Origin: Dehalococcoidia bacterium
GTDB lineage: Bacteria; Chloroflexota; Dehalococcoidia; GIF9; AB-539-J10
Direction of reading: 5' to 3'
Length of the DNA stretch: 64,000 nt
NCBI GenBank assembly: GCA_046538235.1
Contig: JBKHJG010000006.1
Location: 54,630 to 118,629 of the forward strand
Shown: positions 23,955 to 33,565 of the stretch, in pieces
Layout: the number at the start of each line of letters is the position of its first letter
Position numbering within the stretch: position 1 is the first letter of the stretch
Made by a program: the position numbers and the translations under genes
The notes under the pieces: generated by a model
What the model was told of the DNA's origin: nothing
What the model saw: the letters and a program-made list of their open reading frames with translations, nothing else
Databases searched by the model: none

Positions 23955-25973
23955 ATGGCGGTCTCCCGGCAGTGGCTAGAGGCCCTTAATCCCGCACAGC
24001 TCGGGGCGGTGACCCATGGCGACGGACCACTGCTGGTGGTGGCGGGGGCGGGGACGGGCAAGACACGTACTCTGGCCTACCGCGTGGCGCACCTCATATC
24101 CCTAGGAACACCTCCCGAGCGCATTCTGCTGTTGACGTTTACGCGGCGGGCGGCGGAGGAGATGCTGCACCGGGCAGCTGCGGCTGTCTGGCAGGACGGG
24201 ATCAGCACCCGTGTGTGGGGTGGCACCTTCCACGCCACTGCCAACCGGTTGCTGCGGATGTACGGCCGGCCAGCTGGCCTGTCGCCCGACTTCACAATCA
24301 TGGACCGGGCCGACTCGGAGGACTTCCTGAACGTAGTGCGCAACGAACTGGACCTGGCGCAGAAGGAGAAGAGGTTCCCCCGCAAGAGCACATGCATGGA
24401 TATCTACTCGCGCCGGGTGAACAGCGATGAGGAGCTGGGCGTGATCCTGAAGAAGCATTTCCCGTGGTGTGAGGCCTGGGAGGAGGAACTGAGGACGCTT
24501 TTCCGTCACTATGTAGGGCGGAAGCAGGAGAGGGATATCCTGGACTATGACGATCTCCTGCTGTACTGGCACGAGATGCTGAAGGACGACTCGTTCGCCG
24601 TGCCCATGAGCGACCGCTTCGACCACATACTGGTGGACGAATACCAGGACACAAACCGCATCCAGGCGAAGATACTGGAGGGGATGAGGCGCAGCAACAA
24701 GAACATCACCGTGGTGGGTGATGATGCCCAGAGCATCTACAGCTTCCGCAGCGCCACGGTGAGGAATATGATGGACTTCCCGGCGCAGTTCCCGGGAGCG
24801 AAGATAGTGACCCTGGAGCAGAACTACCGGTCGGTGAAGCCGGTCCTGGAGACGACCAACCGCATCATAAGCCAGGCCCGCCAGCGTTATTCCAAGGAGC
24901 TATGGTCGGAGCGTACGGCGGGGCAGCGGCCTCAGGTCATCACCTGTCTCGATGAGAGCCATCAAGATGAGGAGGTGATCCGGCGGGTGCTGGAGCACTA
25001 TGAGCAGGGCATAGAGCTGAAGAGGCAGGCCGTGCTATTCCGGGCGGCCTCCAACTCGGCCTCGCTGGAGCTTGCCCTGATCCGGCGCAACATCCCGTTT
25101 CGCAAGTACGGCGGCCTGCGTTTCCTGGAGAGCGCGCATATCAAGGACCTGATCAGCATCCTTCGTATTCTGGAGAACCCCAGGGACGAGATCGCCTGGT
25201 TCAGGGTGCTGCAGCTATTAAGCGGTGTGGGGCCGGCCACGGCTGCGGCCGCCTTCGGCCACCTGCAGGAGAACGGCTTCTATCCGCACTCGATGGCCAG
25301 CTTCCGGGCCCCGCCGGGCGCGCGATCGGGCCTGGCGGAACTGGTGGGGCTGATCGAACACCTGTCAGCTGCGGAGGATAGTTCGCCGGCAATGCAGGTG
25401 GAGCGGATAGGGGAGTTCTACCTCCCATTGCTGGAGAGGAACTACGAGAACCCCGAGCCGCGGAAGAACGACATTGAGCATCTGGGGCAGCTGGCAGCGC
25501 GCTATCCGACACGCAGGCAGTTCCTGGCAGACCTGGTGCTCGACCCGCCGGTTTCCACGGGGGACTTCGCCGGTCCCCCGCTGCTTGATGAGGACTGGCT
25601 GGTCCTTTCCACCATCCACTCGGCGAAGGGGTTGGAGTGGGACGCCGTGTACCTGATTCACGCGGCCGACGGCTGTCTGCCGTCGGACCTGGCCACCGGA
25701 GACGACGATGAGATCGAGGAAGAACTGAGGCTCACCTATGTAGCCACGACGCGTGCCCGTGACTTCCTATACATCCTGTGGCCGCTGCGGTTTTACACCA
25801 GAAGCTTCGTGGACACGCATGTCTACGCACAGCTGTGCCGGTTCTTCACGCCGGAGGTGCTGGGCACGATGGATGCAATAGCTTACGATGCGGTCGAGCA
25901 TAAGGGCGAGGAAGCCATCCCTGATATGGCGGAGCGCGACATAATGGACAGGATCAGGGACATGTGGGGCTGA
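23955..25973 (+). CDS. UvrD/PcrA/Rep-family SF1 DNA helicase
   Basis: LNPAQLGAVTHGDGPLLVVAGAGTGKTRTL, ILVDEYQDTN, VVGDDAQSIYSFRSA, TIHSAKGLEWD, YVATTRAR. Confidence 0.85.
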   Translation: MAVSRQWLEALNPAQLGAVTHGDGPLLVVAGAGTGKTRTLAYRVAHLISLGTPPERILLLTFTRRAAEEMLHRAAAAVWQDGISTRVWGGTFHATANRLLRMYGRPAGLSPDFTIMDRADSEDFLNVVRNELDLAQKEKRFPRKSTCMDIYSRRVNSDEELGVILKKHFPWCEAWEEELRTLFRHYVGRKQERDILDYDDLLLYWHEMLKDDSFAVPMSDRFDHILVDEYQDTNRIQAKILEGMRRSNKNITVVGDDAQSIYSFRSATVRNMMDFPAQFPGAKIVTLEQNYRSVKPVLETTNRIISQARQRYSKELWSERTAGQRPQVITCLDESHQDEEVIRRVLEHYEQGIELKRQAVLFRAASNSASLELALIRRNIPFRKYGGLRFLESAHIKDLISILRILENPRDEIAWFRVLQLLSGVGPATAAAAFGHLQENGFYPHSMASFRAPPGARSGLAELVGLIEHLSAAEDSSPAMQVERIGEFYLPLLERNYENPEPRKNDIEHLGQLAARYPTRRQFLADLVLDPPVSTGDFAGPPLLDEDWLVLSTIHSAKGLEWDAVYLIHAADGCLPSDLATGDDDEIEEELRLTYVATTRARDFLYILWPLRFYTRSFVDTHVYAQLCRFFTPEVLGTMDAIAYDAVEHKGEEAIPDMAERDIMDRIRDMWG

Positions 25974-26007
25974 GGGCGGCATACATGTTGACCAAGGGCG
26001 TAACAGC

Positions 26008-27267
26008 TTGAAGAACAGGCAGCGCGTGTTTTACGGATGGTGGATAGTGGCGGGGCTGTTCGTGATAGGCGTGCTGGCGTCCTTGGGAAGATACAGCACG
26101 ACCGCCTTTCTGCCGTTCATGATCCAGGAACCCCACTGGTCGCGTGAGACCGTGGGGCTGGCCCAGAGCCTGGCCATATGGCTATACGCCATTTTCGTTC
26201 TCCTGTCGGGCTCCCTGGTGGACAGGATCGGCGGCCGGAAGACCTTCCTGATCGGGGGGGCCGTGACCCTGCTGGGGTGGGTCCTGTTCTCCACAGCGCA
26301 GTCACCGTGGCAGCTATACCTGTACTACGGGGTAATCCTGGCGCTGGCAGTGAGCATGACGCATTATGTGCCCATCATGGCCACGGGGCGCAAGTGGTTC
26401 AGGAAGAGGGCCGGACTGGTGACCGGCATTATCGGGGCTGCCTGGGCTGTAGGCAACGCCATATTCCTGCCTGTGATGACGGCCATGGCCGACTCGCGCG
26501 GGTGGCGCGACACGTCGCTGATCCTGGGCATGTGCTTCGGCGTTACCATCATCCTGGTGGCGCTGTTCGTGGTACGCGACACCCCGGAGTCAATAGGGCT
26601 GCATCCTGACGGCGCGCAATCAGTGCCTGCGGCGGGTGGCCCGGCAGCGGTGGAGTCATCGTGGGCTGTGAGGCGTGCTATCAGAACGTCTCCATTTATC
26701 CTGCTGTTTGTGGCTTACTCGGTATACAACATCGGGCTGAGCGGCTTCGCCGCCCATGTGGTGGCGTGGGGCACGGACCTGGGCTGTCCGGAGGCAACTG
26801 CCGGGGTGTTCTCCACGGCGTTCGCCGGTCCATGGGCCCTCGGTTGCATAGTCGGTGGATGGCTGGGGGACAGGTACGGCAAGACGCGCATAATGCCGCT
26901 GGGCCTGATGCTGTGCACAGCGGCGATGCTGTACGGGTGGCTGGGAGTACACAGCCAGCAGGGCCTGGTGGCACTGGCCATAGCCGTGGGCCTGGGCACC
27001 GGTCTGCAGGTCTCCCTGTATGTGCCGTTGCTGGGCGACCGCTTCGGCAGCGCCAACGTGGGCTCACTTTTCGGTATCATCACCTTCGGCTATGGTTTCA
27101 TCGGAGGCTGGGGGCCGCTGATCTGGGCCAGACTCCGTGAATCATGGGGTCACTACAATATTGCCGCGCTGCTAGCTGCGGTATGTTATGCTATAGCCGT
27201 TGTAGCCCTGCTGTTTAATCGCCCCACCAGGGCGGGAGCGGACGACCAGTCCCATGGATATGCATGA
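26008..27267 (+). CDS. MFS transporter
   Basis: Roughly 12 hydrophobic segments, and a DRIGGRK loop between TM2 and TM3 typical of MFS. TTG start as in the track. Confidence 0.75.
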   Translation: MKNRQRVFYGWWIVAGLFVIGVLASLGRYSTTAFLPFMIQEPHWSRETVGLAQSLAIWLYAIFVLLSGSLVDRIGGRKTFLIGGAVTLLGWVLFSTAQSPWQLYLYYGVILALAVSMTHYVPIMATGRKWFRKRAGLVTGIIGAAWAVGNAIFLPVMTAMADSRGWRDTSLILGMCFGVTIILVALFVVRDTPESIGLHPDGAQSVPAAGGPAAVESSWAVRRAIRTSPFILLFVAYSVYNIGLSGFAAHVVAWGTDLGCPEATAGVFSTAFAGPWALGCIVGGWLGDRYGKTRIMPLGLMLCTAAMLYGWLGVHSQQGLVALAIAVGLGTGLQVSLYVPLLGDRFGSANVGSLFGIITFGYGFIGGWGPLIWARLRESWGHYNIAALLAAVCYAIAVVALLFNRPTRAGADDQSHGYA

Positions 27268-27291
27268 GGTCCGGATACAGGAGGCGCTGAG

Positions 27292-27966
27292 ATGACAGGG
27301 CATGGGAGACCCATCAAGCTGGCGCCATCGATCCTGTCGGCCGATTTTGCCCGTCTCGGCGAACAGATTGAGGAGGCGGCGCGGGCGGGGGCGGACTATA
27401 TCCACGTAGACGTGATGGACGGCCATTTCGTGCCCAATATCACCATCGGGCCTGCGGTGATAGCCTCCATTCGCCCGGTGACCGCCCTGCCTCTGGATGT
27501 CCACCTGATGATAGAGCATCCCGAGCGGTACGTGGCAGACTTCGTCAAGGCAGGGGCGGACATCATCACCCTGCACGTGGAGGCATGTCCCCGCCTCCAT
27601 GACGCGATCGGGTTGATAAAGGGACTGAGGGTCAAGGCGGGGGTGTCGTTGAATCCGGCCACCCCTCTGGCTGCGGTGGAGGAATTCATCTGTGACGTGG
27701 ACCTGGTCCTGGTCATGAGCGTCAATCCCGGCTTCGGCGGGCAGTCGTTCATCCCGGACACACTACCCAAGATAGGCGCTATGCGCAGGATGCTGGACGA
27801 TAACAGGCTGAATGCGGAGCTGGAAGTGGACGGGGGGATCAATGCCGACAATGCCCGCGGCATAGTCACAGCGGGTGCCGATGTCCTGGTGGCGGGAAAC
27901 AGCGTGTTCAGAGCTGAGGAAGGGATAAGCGAGGCGCTACGCAGGCTGAGGGAAGCAACGGGGTAG
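27292..27966 (+). CDS. rpe: Ribulose-phosphate 3-epimerase
   Basis: KLAPSILSADFARLGEQI...YIHVDVMDGHFVPNITIGP...LDVHLMI...MSVNPGFGGQSFI...VDGGIN. Confidence 0.9.
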   Translation: MTGHGRPIKLAPSILSADFARLGEQIEEAARAGADYIHVDVMDGHFVPNITIGPAVIASIRPVTALPLDVHLMIEHPERYVADFVKAGADIITLHVEACPRLHDAIGLIKGLRVKAGVSLNPATPLAAVEEFICDVDLVLVMSVNPGFGGQSFIPDTLPKIGAMRRMLDDNRLNAELEVDGGINADNARGIVTAGADVLVAGNSVFRAEEGISEALRRLREATG

Positions 27967-28135
27967 AAAACCCAAACAATATCAAAGCTCAGAAATCGAA
28001 AGTCAAAATGCGGAGTCAGAATCGAAGCAACTGCATCCTCTCCCTCGACGGGAAAGGAACAAGGTGGGTGTGAATCTCCACCTCAGTCTAACTCTCTCCC
28101 ACCAAGGGAGAGAGGACCGCAAGATGTCACTATAG

Positions 28136-28318
28136 CTAGCGAGCCATTTTATACTGGGTGCGCAGGCATCTGGTGCAGATGTTGACTTTTCTCTTCTCCC
28201 CCCCTACCATAATCGTCGTTCGATGGATATTGGGTAGCGTGCGTCGAAGCGTATGCCTCTTGGAGTGGCTCACATTGTGCCCGGTTTGGGCGGTCTTGCC
28301 GCAGATCTCACACTTCAT
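28136..28318 (-). CDS. rpmB: 50S ribosomal protein L28
   Basis: MKCEICGKTAQTGHNVSHSKRHTLRRTLPNIHRTTI...RKVNICTRCLR. Confidence 0.9.
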   Translation of the reverse strand: MKCEICGKTAQTGHNVSHSKRHTLRRTLPNIHRTTIMVGGEKRKVNICTRCLRTQYKMAR

Positions 28319-28363
28319 AGAGATTTCCCTACCTGTTAAATTTCCGTCAATGATAGCATAATT

Positions 28364-30016
28364 ATGGGAATGGACAAAGTGTCAGGGACCAAGGCTACAG
28401 TGGTCGACGGGCAGACGCTGAGGGACATGTTTGCCTCGGGGACCATGTGGCTGGAGAAAAGCGCCCCTGATATCAACGCTATAAACGTGTTCCCTGTGCC
28501 CGACGGGGATACCGGAACGAACATGGTGCTTACCATGAAGTTTGCCCTGGAAGAGGCGAAGCTGTGTTCGGACGATAAGGTCTCCTCGGTAGCCAGGTCG
28601 CTGGCCCGTGGTGCCCTGATGGGTGCACGGGGTAATTCGGGGGTCATCCTGTCTCGATTCCTGAAGGGCCTGGCTCAGGGGCTGGAGGGCCGGGCCCATT
28701 TTGACGGCGGAGGCCTGGCAGCAGCATTGGCCGAAGCATCAGGGACTGCCTATAAGGGGATCGTCAATCCGGTCGAGGGGACCATCCTGACGGTGCTCAA
28801 GGACGCAGCGAGAGCCGCGAGAGAGGCAGCCAGCAATGGTGATGCCCTGGTCCCTGTACTGGAAGCGGCGGTGAGGTCGGCCGAGGACTCGGTGGCGCGG
28901 ACGCCCAGCTTACTGCCGGTGTTGAGGGAGGCGGGTGTGGTAGATGCGGGCGGGCAGGGCCTGTATGTTCTGCTGGATGGTGCCCTGCAGTGTTTGAAGG
29001 GGGAGGCAGATGAGCTGCAGTACCGGAAGCCGCACCTGGCGGTTGCCGAGGCGGAGCTGTCACCCAGGATGGCCCAAACGGCCGCCCAGCTGGAAACACC
29101 CTACGGTTATTGCACCAATTTCGTTCTGGAGGGGCAGGGGCTGGATGTGACCAGGCTTCAGGAGGACCTGAAAGAGAAGGGGCAATCCTTGATAGTTACG
29201 GGCGACGATAGCCTGATCAGGGTCCATATCCATAGTTTCGAACCGGGAGAGATCCTGGCGTATGCTACGGCGCTGGGCAAGCTGCATGACATAACCATCA
29301 ACAACATGGATGACCAGTACCGGGAGTTCATAAAGATGCAGAAGGGGCGGATGCCTGCGGTGGACATAGCGATGGTGGCAGTGGCCACAGGAGACGGATT
29401 TTTCGGGCTGCTCAACAGCCTGGGTAACATAATAGTTGTGCCCGGCGGGCAGACCATGAATCCGAGCGTACGCGAACTGCTGCAGGCGGTCCAGTCGGCG
29501 CCATCGGACAACGTCATCCTGCTGCCCAATAACAAGAACATTGTCTCTGCCGCCTCGCAGGTCGGGTCGCTGACGGCCAAGAAGGTGAAGGTGATTCCCA
29601 CCAGAAGCGTGCCTCAAGGCATAGCTGCATTGCTGGCCTTCGACTACGAGAAGGACCTGGAGCAAAACGCGCAGGCCATGGAGGCGGCGGCCAGCAGGGT
29701 GACGACCATAGAGATTACCAGGGCGGTGCGGGGCACCCAACTCAACGGACTGGAGGTAAGGGAAGGGCAGTCCATTGCCATTGTGGATGACGAAGAGGTG
29801 GTAGCCAGGGGTGACAGGATGGGAGAGGTTGTCCTGGAAGCCCTGGGCAGGGCAGGAGTCGACCGGGCGGAGATAGCGAGCGTGTATTACGGCAGTGAGG
29901 TGAAGGAAGCTGAGGCCGAAGAGCTGGCGCAGGAAATCCGCGACCACTGTCACGTTGAGGTGGAGCTGGTCTATGGAGGGCAGCCGTATTATGATTATGT
30001 CATCTCACTGGAGTGA
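28364..30016 (+). CDS. DAK2-domain protein (YloV-like)
   Basis: INAINVFPVPDGDTGTNM...ARGNSGVILS is a DAK2 phosphatase-type domain. The 550 aa two-domain layout sits upstream of degV and recG, as in yloV loci. Confidence 0.85.
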   Translation: MGMDKVSGTKATVVDGQTLRDMFASGTMWLEKSAPDINAINVFPVPDGDTGTNMVLTMKFALEEAKLCSDDKVSSVARSLARGALMGARGNSGVILSRFLKGLAQGLEGRAHFDGGGLAAALAEASGTAYKGIVNPVEGTILTVLKDAARAAREAASNGDALVPVLEAAVRSAEDSVARTPSLLPVLREAGVVDAGGQGLYVLLDGALQCLKGEADELQYRKPHLAVAEAELSPRMAQTAAQLETPYGYCTNFVLEGQGLDVTRLQEDLKEKGQSLIVTGDDSLIRVHIHSFEPGEILAYATALGKLHDITINNMDDQYREFIKMQKGRMPAVDIAMVAVATGDGFFGLLNSLGNIIVVPGGQTMNPSVRELLQAVQSAPSDNVILLPNNKNIVSAASQVGSLTAKKVKVIPTRSVPQGIAALLAFDYEKDLEQNAQAMEAAASRVTTIEITRAVRGTQLNGLEVREGQSIAIVDDEEVVARGDRMGEVVLEALGRAGVDRAEIASVYYGSEVKEAEAEELAQEIRDHCHVEVELVYGGQPYYDYVISLE

Positions 30017-30082
30017 CGGGATAAAGGGTGAAGCCGGTCCCTGGTCAGCAGAAGGGCTGTGCGCATTTTGGGGGAAAACGGA

Positions 30083-30919
30083 ATGGTCAAGATCGTAACC
30101 GATAGTTGCTCCGATGTCACGCCGGAGCTGGCGCAGGAGCTGGGGATTACCGTCGTGCCGCTGTACGTCCAGTTCGGCACTGAAACCTACCGTGACAATG
30201 TTGACCTGAGTACGGAAGAGTTCTACCGCAAACTGGAGATGAGGGATATCCACCCTACGACCTCGACGGCCAGTCCCGATGACTTTGCTCAGGTCTTCGC
30301 CAGACTCGCCGAAGAGACAGATGAGATCCTGGCCATAACCCTGTCATCGGAGTTCAGCGCTACGTATGCGGCAGCGCTGCAGAGCAAGGTGATGGTTGGC
30401 AAGGAGTGCCGGATTGAGGTCATCGACTCCAAGGCAGGCGCAGGCGCGCAGATGCTGCTGGTCATGTCAGCAGCCAGGATGGCCCAGGCGGGGGCCGGCC
30501 TGGAGCAGATAATCGACTGGGTCAGGGGTGCGATTTCCAGGGTGCACGTTCGGATGAGCTTCGATACGCTGGAATACCTGAGAAGAGGGGGACGCATCGG
30601 TAAGGTGCAGGCCTTCCTGGGCAGCTTGCTGAAGGTGAATCCAGTGGCAGGAATAAGAGATGGTGCAGCTTTTCCCATCGCCCGACCTCGCAGCCGGGCC
30701 CGGGCGATGGACTTACTGGTGGATTTCGTGAAGGGATTCAGCAACATAGAGGCAGTGGCTATCGAAGATGCCACCACGCCCGGCGACGCGGACGCCCTGG
30801 CTGAGCGTCTCAAGGCTTTGGTCCCGCCGGAGCGTGTCTATCGCTCCAAGGTCAGCCCGGTGGTGGGAGCTCATGTTGGCCCCCATGTCCTGGCCGTCTC
30901 CGTCCTTGAGGCAGAATGA
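30083..30919 (+). CDS. DegV-family fatty-acid-binding protein
   Basis: MVKIVTDSCSDVTPELAQELGITVVPLYVQFG...TSTASP..., ...LEYLRRGGRIG. Confidence 0.85.
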   Translation: MVKIVTDSCSDVTPELAQELGITVVPLYVQFGTETYRDNVDLSTEEFYRKLEMRDIHPTTSTASPDDFAQVFARLAEETDEILAITLSSEFSATYAAALQSKVMVGKECRIEVIDSKAGAGAQMLLVMSAARMAQAGAGLEQIIDWVRGAISRVHVRMSFDTLEYLRRGGRIGKVQAFLGSLLKVNPVAGIRDGAAFPIARPRSRARAMDLLVDFVKGFSNIEAVAIEDATTPGDADALAERLKALVPPERVYRSKVSPVVGAHVGPHVLAVSVLEAE

Positions 30920-30920
30920 A

Positions 30921-33416
30921 TTGACAGGCATTGACTCGCTGCGTAAGGTCCTCGAGCTGGAATGTGAGAAAGGGTACGCTGACAGGGCAGTCATCGGCGG
31001 CCTGGACAGGTATCTGCGCAAGCAGGCGGAGCAGATCAGACAGGATATCGCTGATCCGGAGCTGTTGAGGGACTTCGACCAGCTTGGCCTGGACAACCCC
31101 GGTTACGGGTCTTACGGCCCGGATGAGCGCAAGAGATGGATGGCGAGGGTCTTCGCCTGGCTGGACAGGCTGGAGGGAAGGAACGGGGATGCCGGCGCAG
31201 CCGGTCATCCCTCGGGGGAGGGGGAGGAGGCGCTGGGGGTGGTGGAGGTAGGCGAGGTCCGCGAGGAACAAGGGGAAGCACTCGATTCGCCGGTAACCCT
31301 GATCAGGGGCATCACGCCCGCCGTGGCCCGCAAGCTGGCCAGGCTCAATGTGAGGACGGTGCGGGACCTGCTGTATCTGTTCCCCAGGCGCTATGTCGAC
31401 TATAGCCGGCGGATAGCGGTCTCGGAACTGTCGGTGGGGGAAGAACAGACGGTGATCGGCACAATCTGGCAGGCCAGGGTGGCTACTCTGGGCAACCGGC
31501 CGGGCACGGAGGCCATCGTGGGCGACAGCACGGGGACGGTGAGGGTGGTGTGGTTCAACCAACCCTACCTGGCGAAGGCCTTTCGTACGAATGCCGAGAT
31601 AGCAATCAGCGGCACGGTCAGCGAGTTCAGAGGACAGAAGGTGTTCGAATCGCCGGCCTGGGAGCTGATCAAAGAGAAGGAGATGATTCACACGGGGCGG
31701 CTGGTCCCCGTGTATCCTCTGACCCAGGGCCTCTATCCCAGGCAGGTGCGGAGGTGGACCAGGGAAGCTGTGGATGGCCATGCCTGGCAACTGGGCGAGT
31801 TTCTGCCCCCGGAGATAAGGAACCGCTGCCAGCTGGTGGACCTGCCCGTGGCAATCGCTCAAATCCACTACCCCGACGACCGGACAATGGTGGAAAGGGC
31901 AACAAGGAGGCTATCCTTCGACGAGCTATTCCTACTGCAGCTGGGCGTGCTGGCCAGGAAGCGCGACTGGCAGGAAGGGCAACCGGGCAATGCATTTCAG
32001 GTAGACCGGGAAGTCATCAGCCGGTTCCTGGCTTCCCTGCCGTTTGCCTTGACGCAGGCGCAGGAGCGGGTCTTGAGGGAGATCGTGACCGATCTGGACC
32101 AGACGAAGGCGATGTCTCGCCTGCTTCAGGGGGAGGTGGGCAGCGGCAAGACCGTGATAGCCACCCTGGCCCTGTTGATAGCTGCTGCCAACGGTTACCA
32201 GGGGGCATTGATGGCGCCCACCGAGGTGTTGGCCGAGCAGCACTATGCCAATATCTGTGGCTATCTGGGGAGAGTGAGCAGGGAGGAGACTTCACTTCCA
32301 GCTGTCCCGGGGCAGGGTGCTCAGGTGGGGGCAGGGATCATGAGGCGGTACACGGGATTCCTGGGTAGGCCGCTGACCGTGGCCTTGCTCATCGGCAGTC
32401 TCAGCAGCGCTACCAAGGAGAAGCTGCGCCATGAAATCGAGCAGGGCGCAGTGGATATTGCGGTGGGCACTCATGCCCTGATTCAGAAAGAGGTGGAGTT
32501 CGAGAAGCTGGGGCTGGCGGTGATAGACGAGCAGCACCGTTTCGGCGTGGTGCAGCGCTCTGCTTTGAGACAGAAAGGTTTCAACCCTCACGTTCTGGTG
32601 ATGACGGCTACGCCCATCCCGCGGACGATGGCGCTGACGCTGTATGGAGACCTGGATCTCTCGGTTATCGATGAGTTGCCCCCCGGGCGGCAGGTGGTGA
32701 AGACCAAACACCTGGAGCCGCAGGATAGACAGAAGGCCTACCACTTCCTGCACCGCCAGGTCAGCAGCGGCCGCCAGGCCTTCATCATCTGTCCACTGGT
32801 GGAGGAATCGGAAGTGCTTGAGGCAAAGGCCGCCACCAAGGAATATGAGCGATTATCCCGCGAGGTCTTCCCGGACCTGAAGCTGGGACTGCTGCACGGC
32901 CAGATGCCGGGTAGCGAGAAGGAAGACGTGATGCGGCGTTTTCGGGCAGGGGAGCTTGATGTTCTGGTAGCAACTTCAGTAGTGGAGGTGGGAATAGACG
33001 TGCCCCGGGCTTCCGTGATGATGGTGGAGGGTGCTGAGAGGTTTGGTCTATCCCAGCTCCACCAGTTCAGGGGGCGTGTGGGGCGGGACAGGGAGCAGGG
33101 CTACTGCCTGCTGATTGCGGAGAAGGTGTCGCCTGAAGCAGGGGCGCGTCTCCGGCTGATGGAGCGAGTCCATGACGGCTTCGTGCTGGCTGAGAGAGAC
33201 CTGGAGTTGAGAGGTCCGGGGGAGTTCTTCGGCACCCATCAGAGCGGGCTGCCCGACCTCAAGCTGGCCAAGCTAACGGACCTGCGGGGCCTGGAGCTAG
33301 CGCGGCAGGAGGCGATGACTCTATTTGAGAGCGATCCCGATCTGCAGGAAGCGGAACACCAGCCCCTGCGGCAGCAATTGAGCCGGGCCTGGTCGGGCGC
33401 CGCTGAATGGAGCTGA
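30921..33416 (+). CDS. recG: ATP-dependent DNA helicase RecG, with a long N-terminal extension
   Basis: LTQAQERVLREIVTDL...MSRLLQGEVGSGKTVIA, VIDEQHRFGV, MTATPIPRT, LHGQM...KE.VM..F..GE.DVLVATSVVEVGIDVP, QLHQFRGRVGR. The track ORF start (30768) overlaps degV. TTG 30921 (GAGG 8 nt upstream) or TTG 30906 are the in-frame candidates. Confidence 0.85.
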   Translation: MTGIDSLRKVLELECEKGYADRAVIGGLDRYLRKQAEQIRQDIADPELLRDFDQLGLDNPGYGSYGPDERKRWMARVFAWLDRLEGRNGDAGAAGHPSGEGEEALGVVEVGEVREEQGEALDSPVTLIRGITPAVARKLARLNVRTVRDLLYLFPRRYVDYSRRIAVSELSVGEEQTVIGTIWQARVATLGNRPGTEAIVGDSTGTVRVVWFNQPYLAKAFRTNAEIAISGTVSEFRGQKVFESPAWELIKEKEMIHTGRLVPVYPLTQGLYPRQVRRWTREAVDGHAWQLGEFLPPEIRNRCQLVDLPVAIAQIHYPDDRTMVERATRRLSFDELFLLQLGVLARKRDWQEGQPGNAFQVDREVISRFLASLPFALTQAQERVLREIVTDLDQTKAMSRLLQGEVGSGKTVIATLALLIAAANGYQGALMAPTEVLAEQHYANICGYLGRVSREETSLPAVPGQGAQVGAGIMRRYTGFLGRPLTVALLIGSLSSATKEKLRHEIEQGAVDIAVGTHALIQKEVEFEKLGLAVIDEQHRFGVVQRSALRQKGFNPHVLVMTATPIPRTMALTLYGDLDLSVIDELPPGRQVVKTKHLEPQDRQKAYHFLHRQVSSGRQAFIICPLVEESEVLEAKAATKEYERLSREVFPDLKLGLLHGQMPGSEKEDVMRRFRAGELDVLVATSVVEVGIDVPRASVMMVEGAERFGLSQLHQFRGRVGRDREQGYCLLIAEKVSPEAGARLRLMERVHDGFVLAERDLELRGPGEFFGTHQSGLPDLKLAKLTDLRGLELARQEAMTLFESDPDLQEAEHQPLRQQLSRAWSGAAEWS

Positions 33417-33565
33417 TACCGGCTAAGGGTGGAGGCAGAGGGCGTCAAGATGTTGGGGCAACCTGTGGATGTCGCCCGGTCCGACACAGGCCTCATAGGG
33501 TGGCTTTTGACTTGCGGACTGTATGGAGTCTAGAATCAGGGTTCAGGGTCCGCTGTGTTGATATC

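Noticed and set aside
28040-28125. Hairpins (TCCC-TCGAC-GGGA; TCTCTCCC-ACCA-AGGGAGAGA) between convergent rpe and rpmB as a bidirectional intrinsic terminator
   Set aside because: The position is plausible, but neither stem is followed by a T-run on either strand. They may instead be REP-like elements. Not reported as a terminator.
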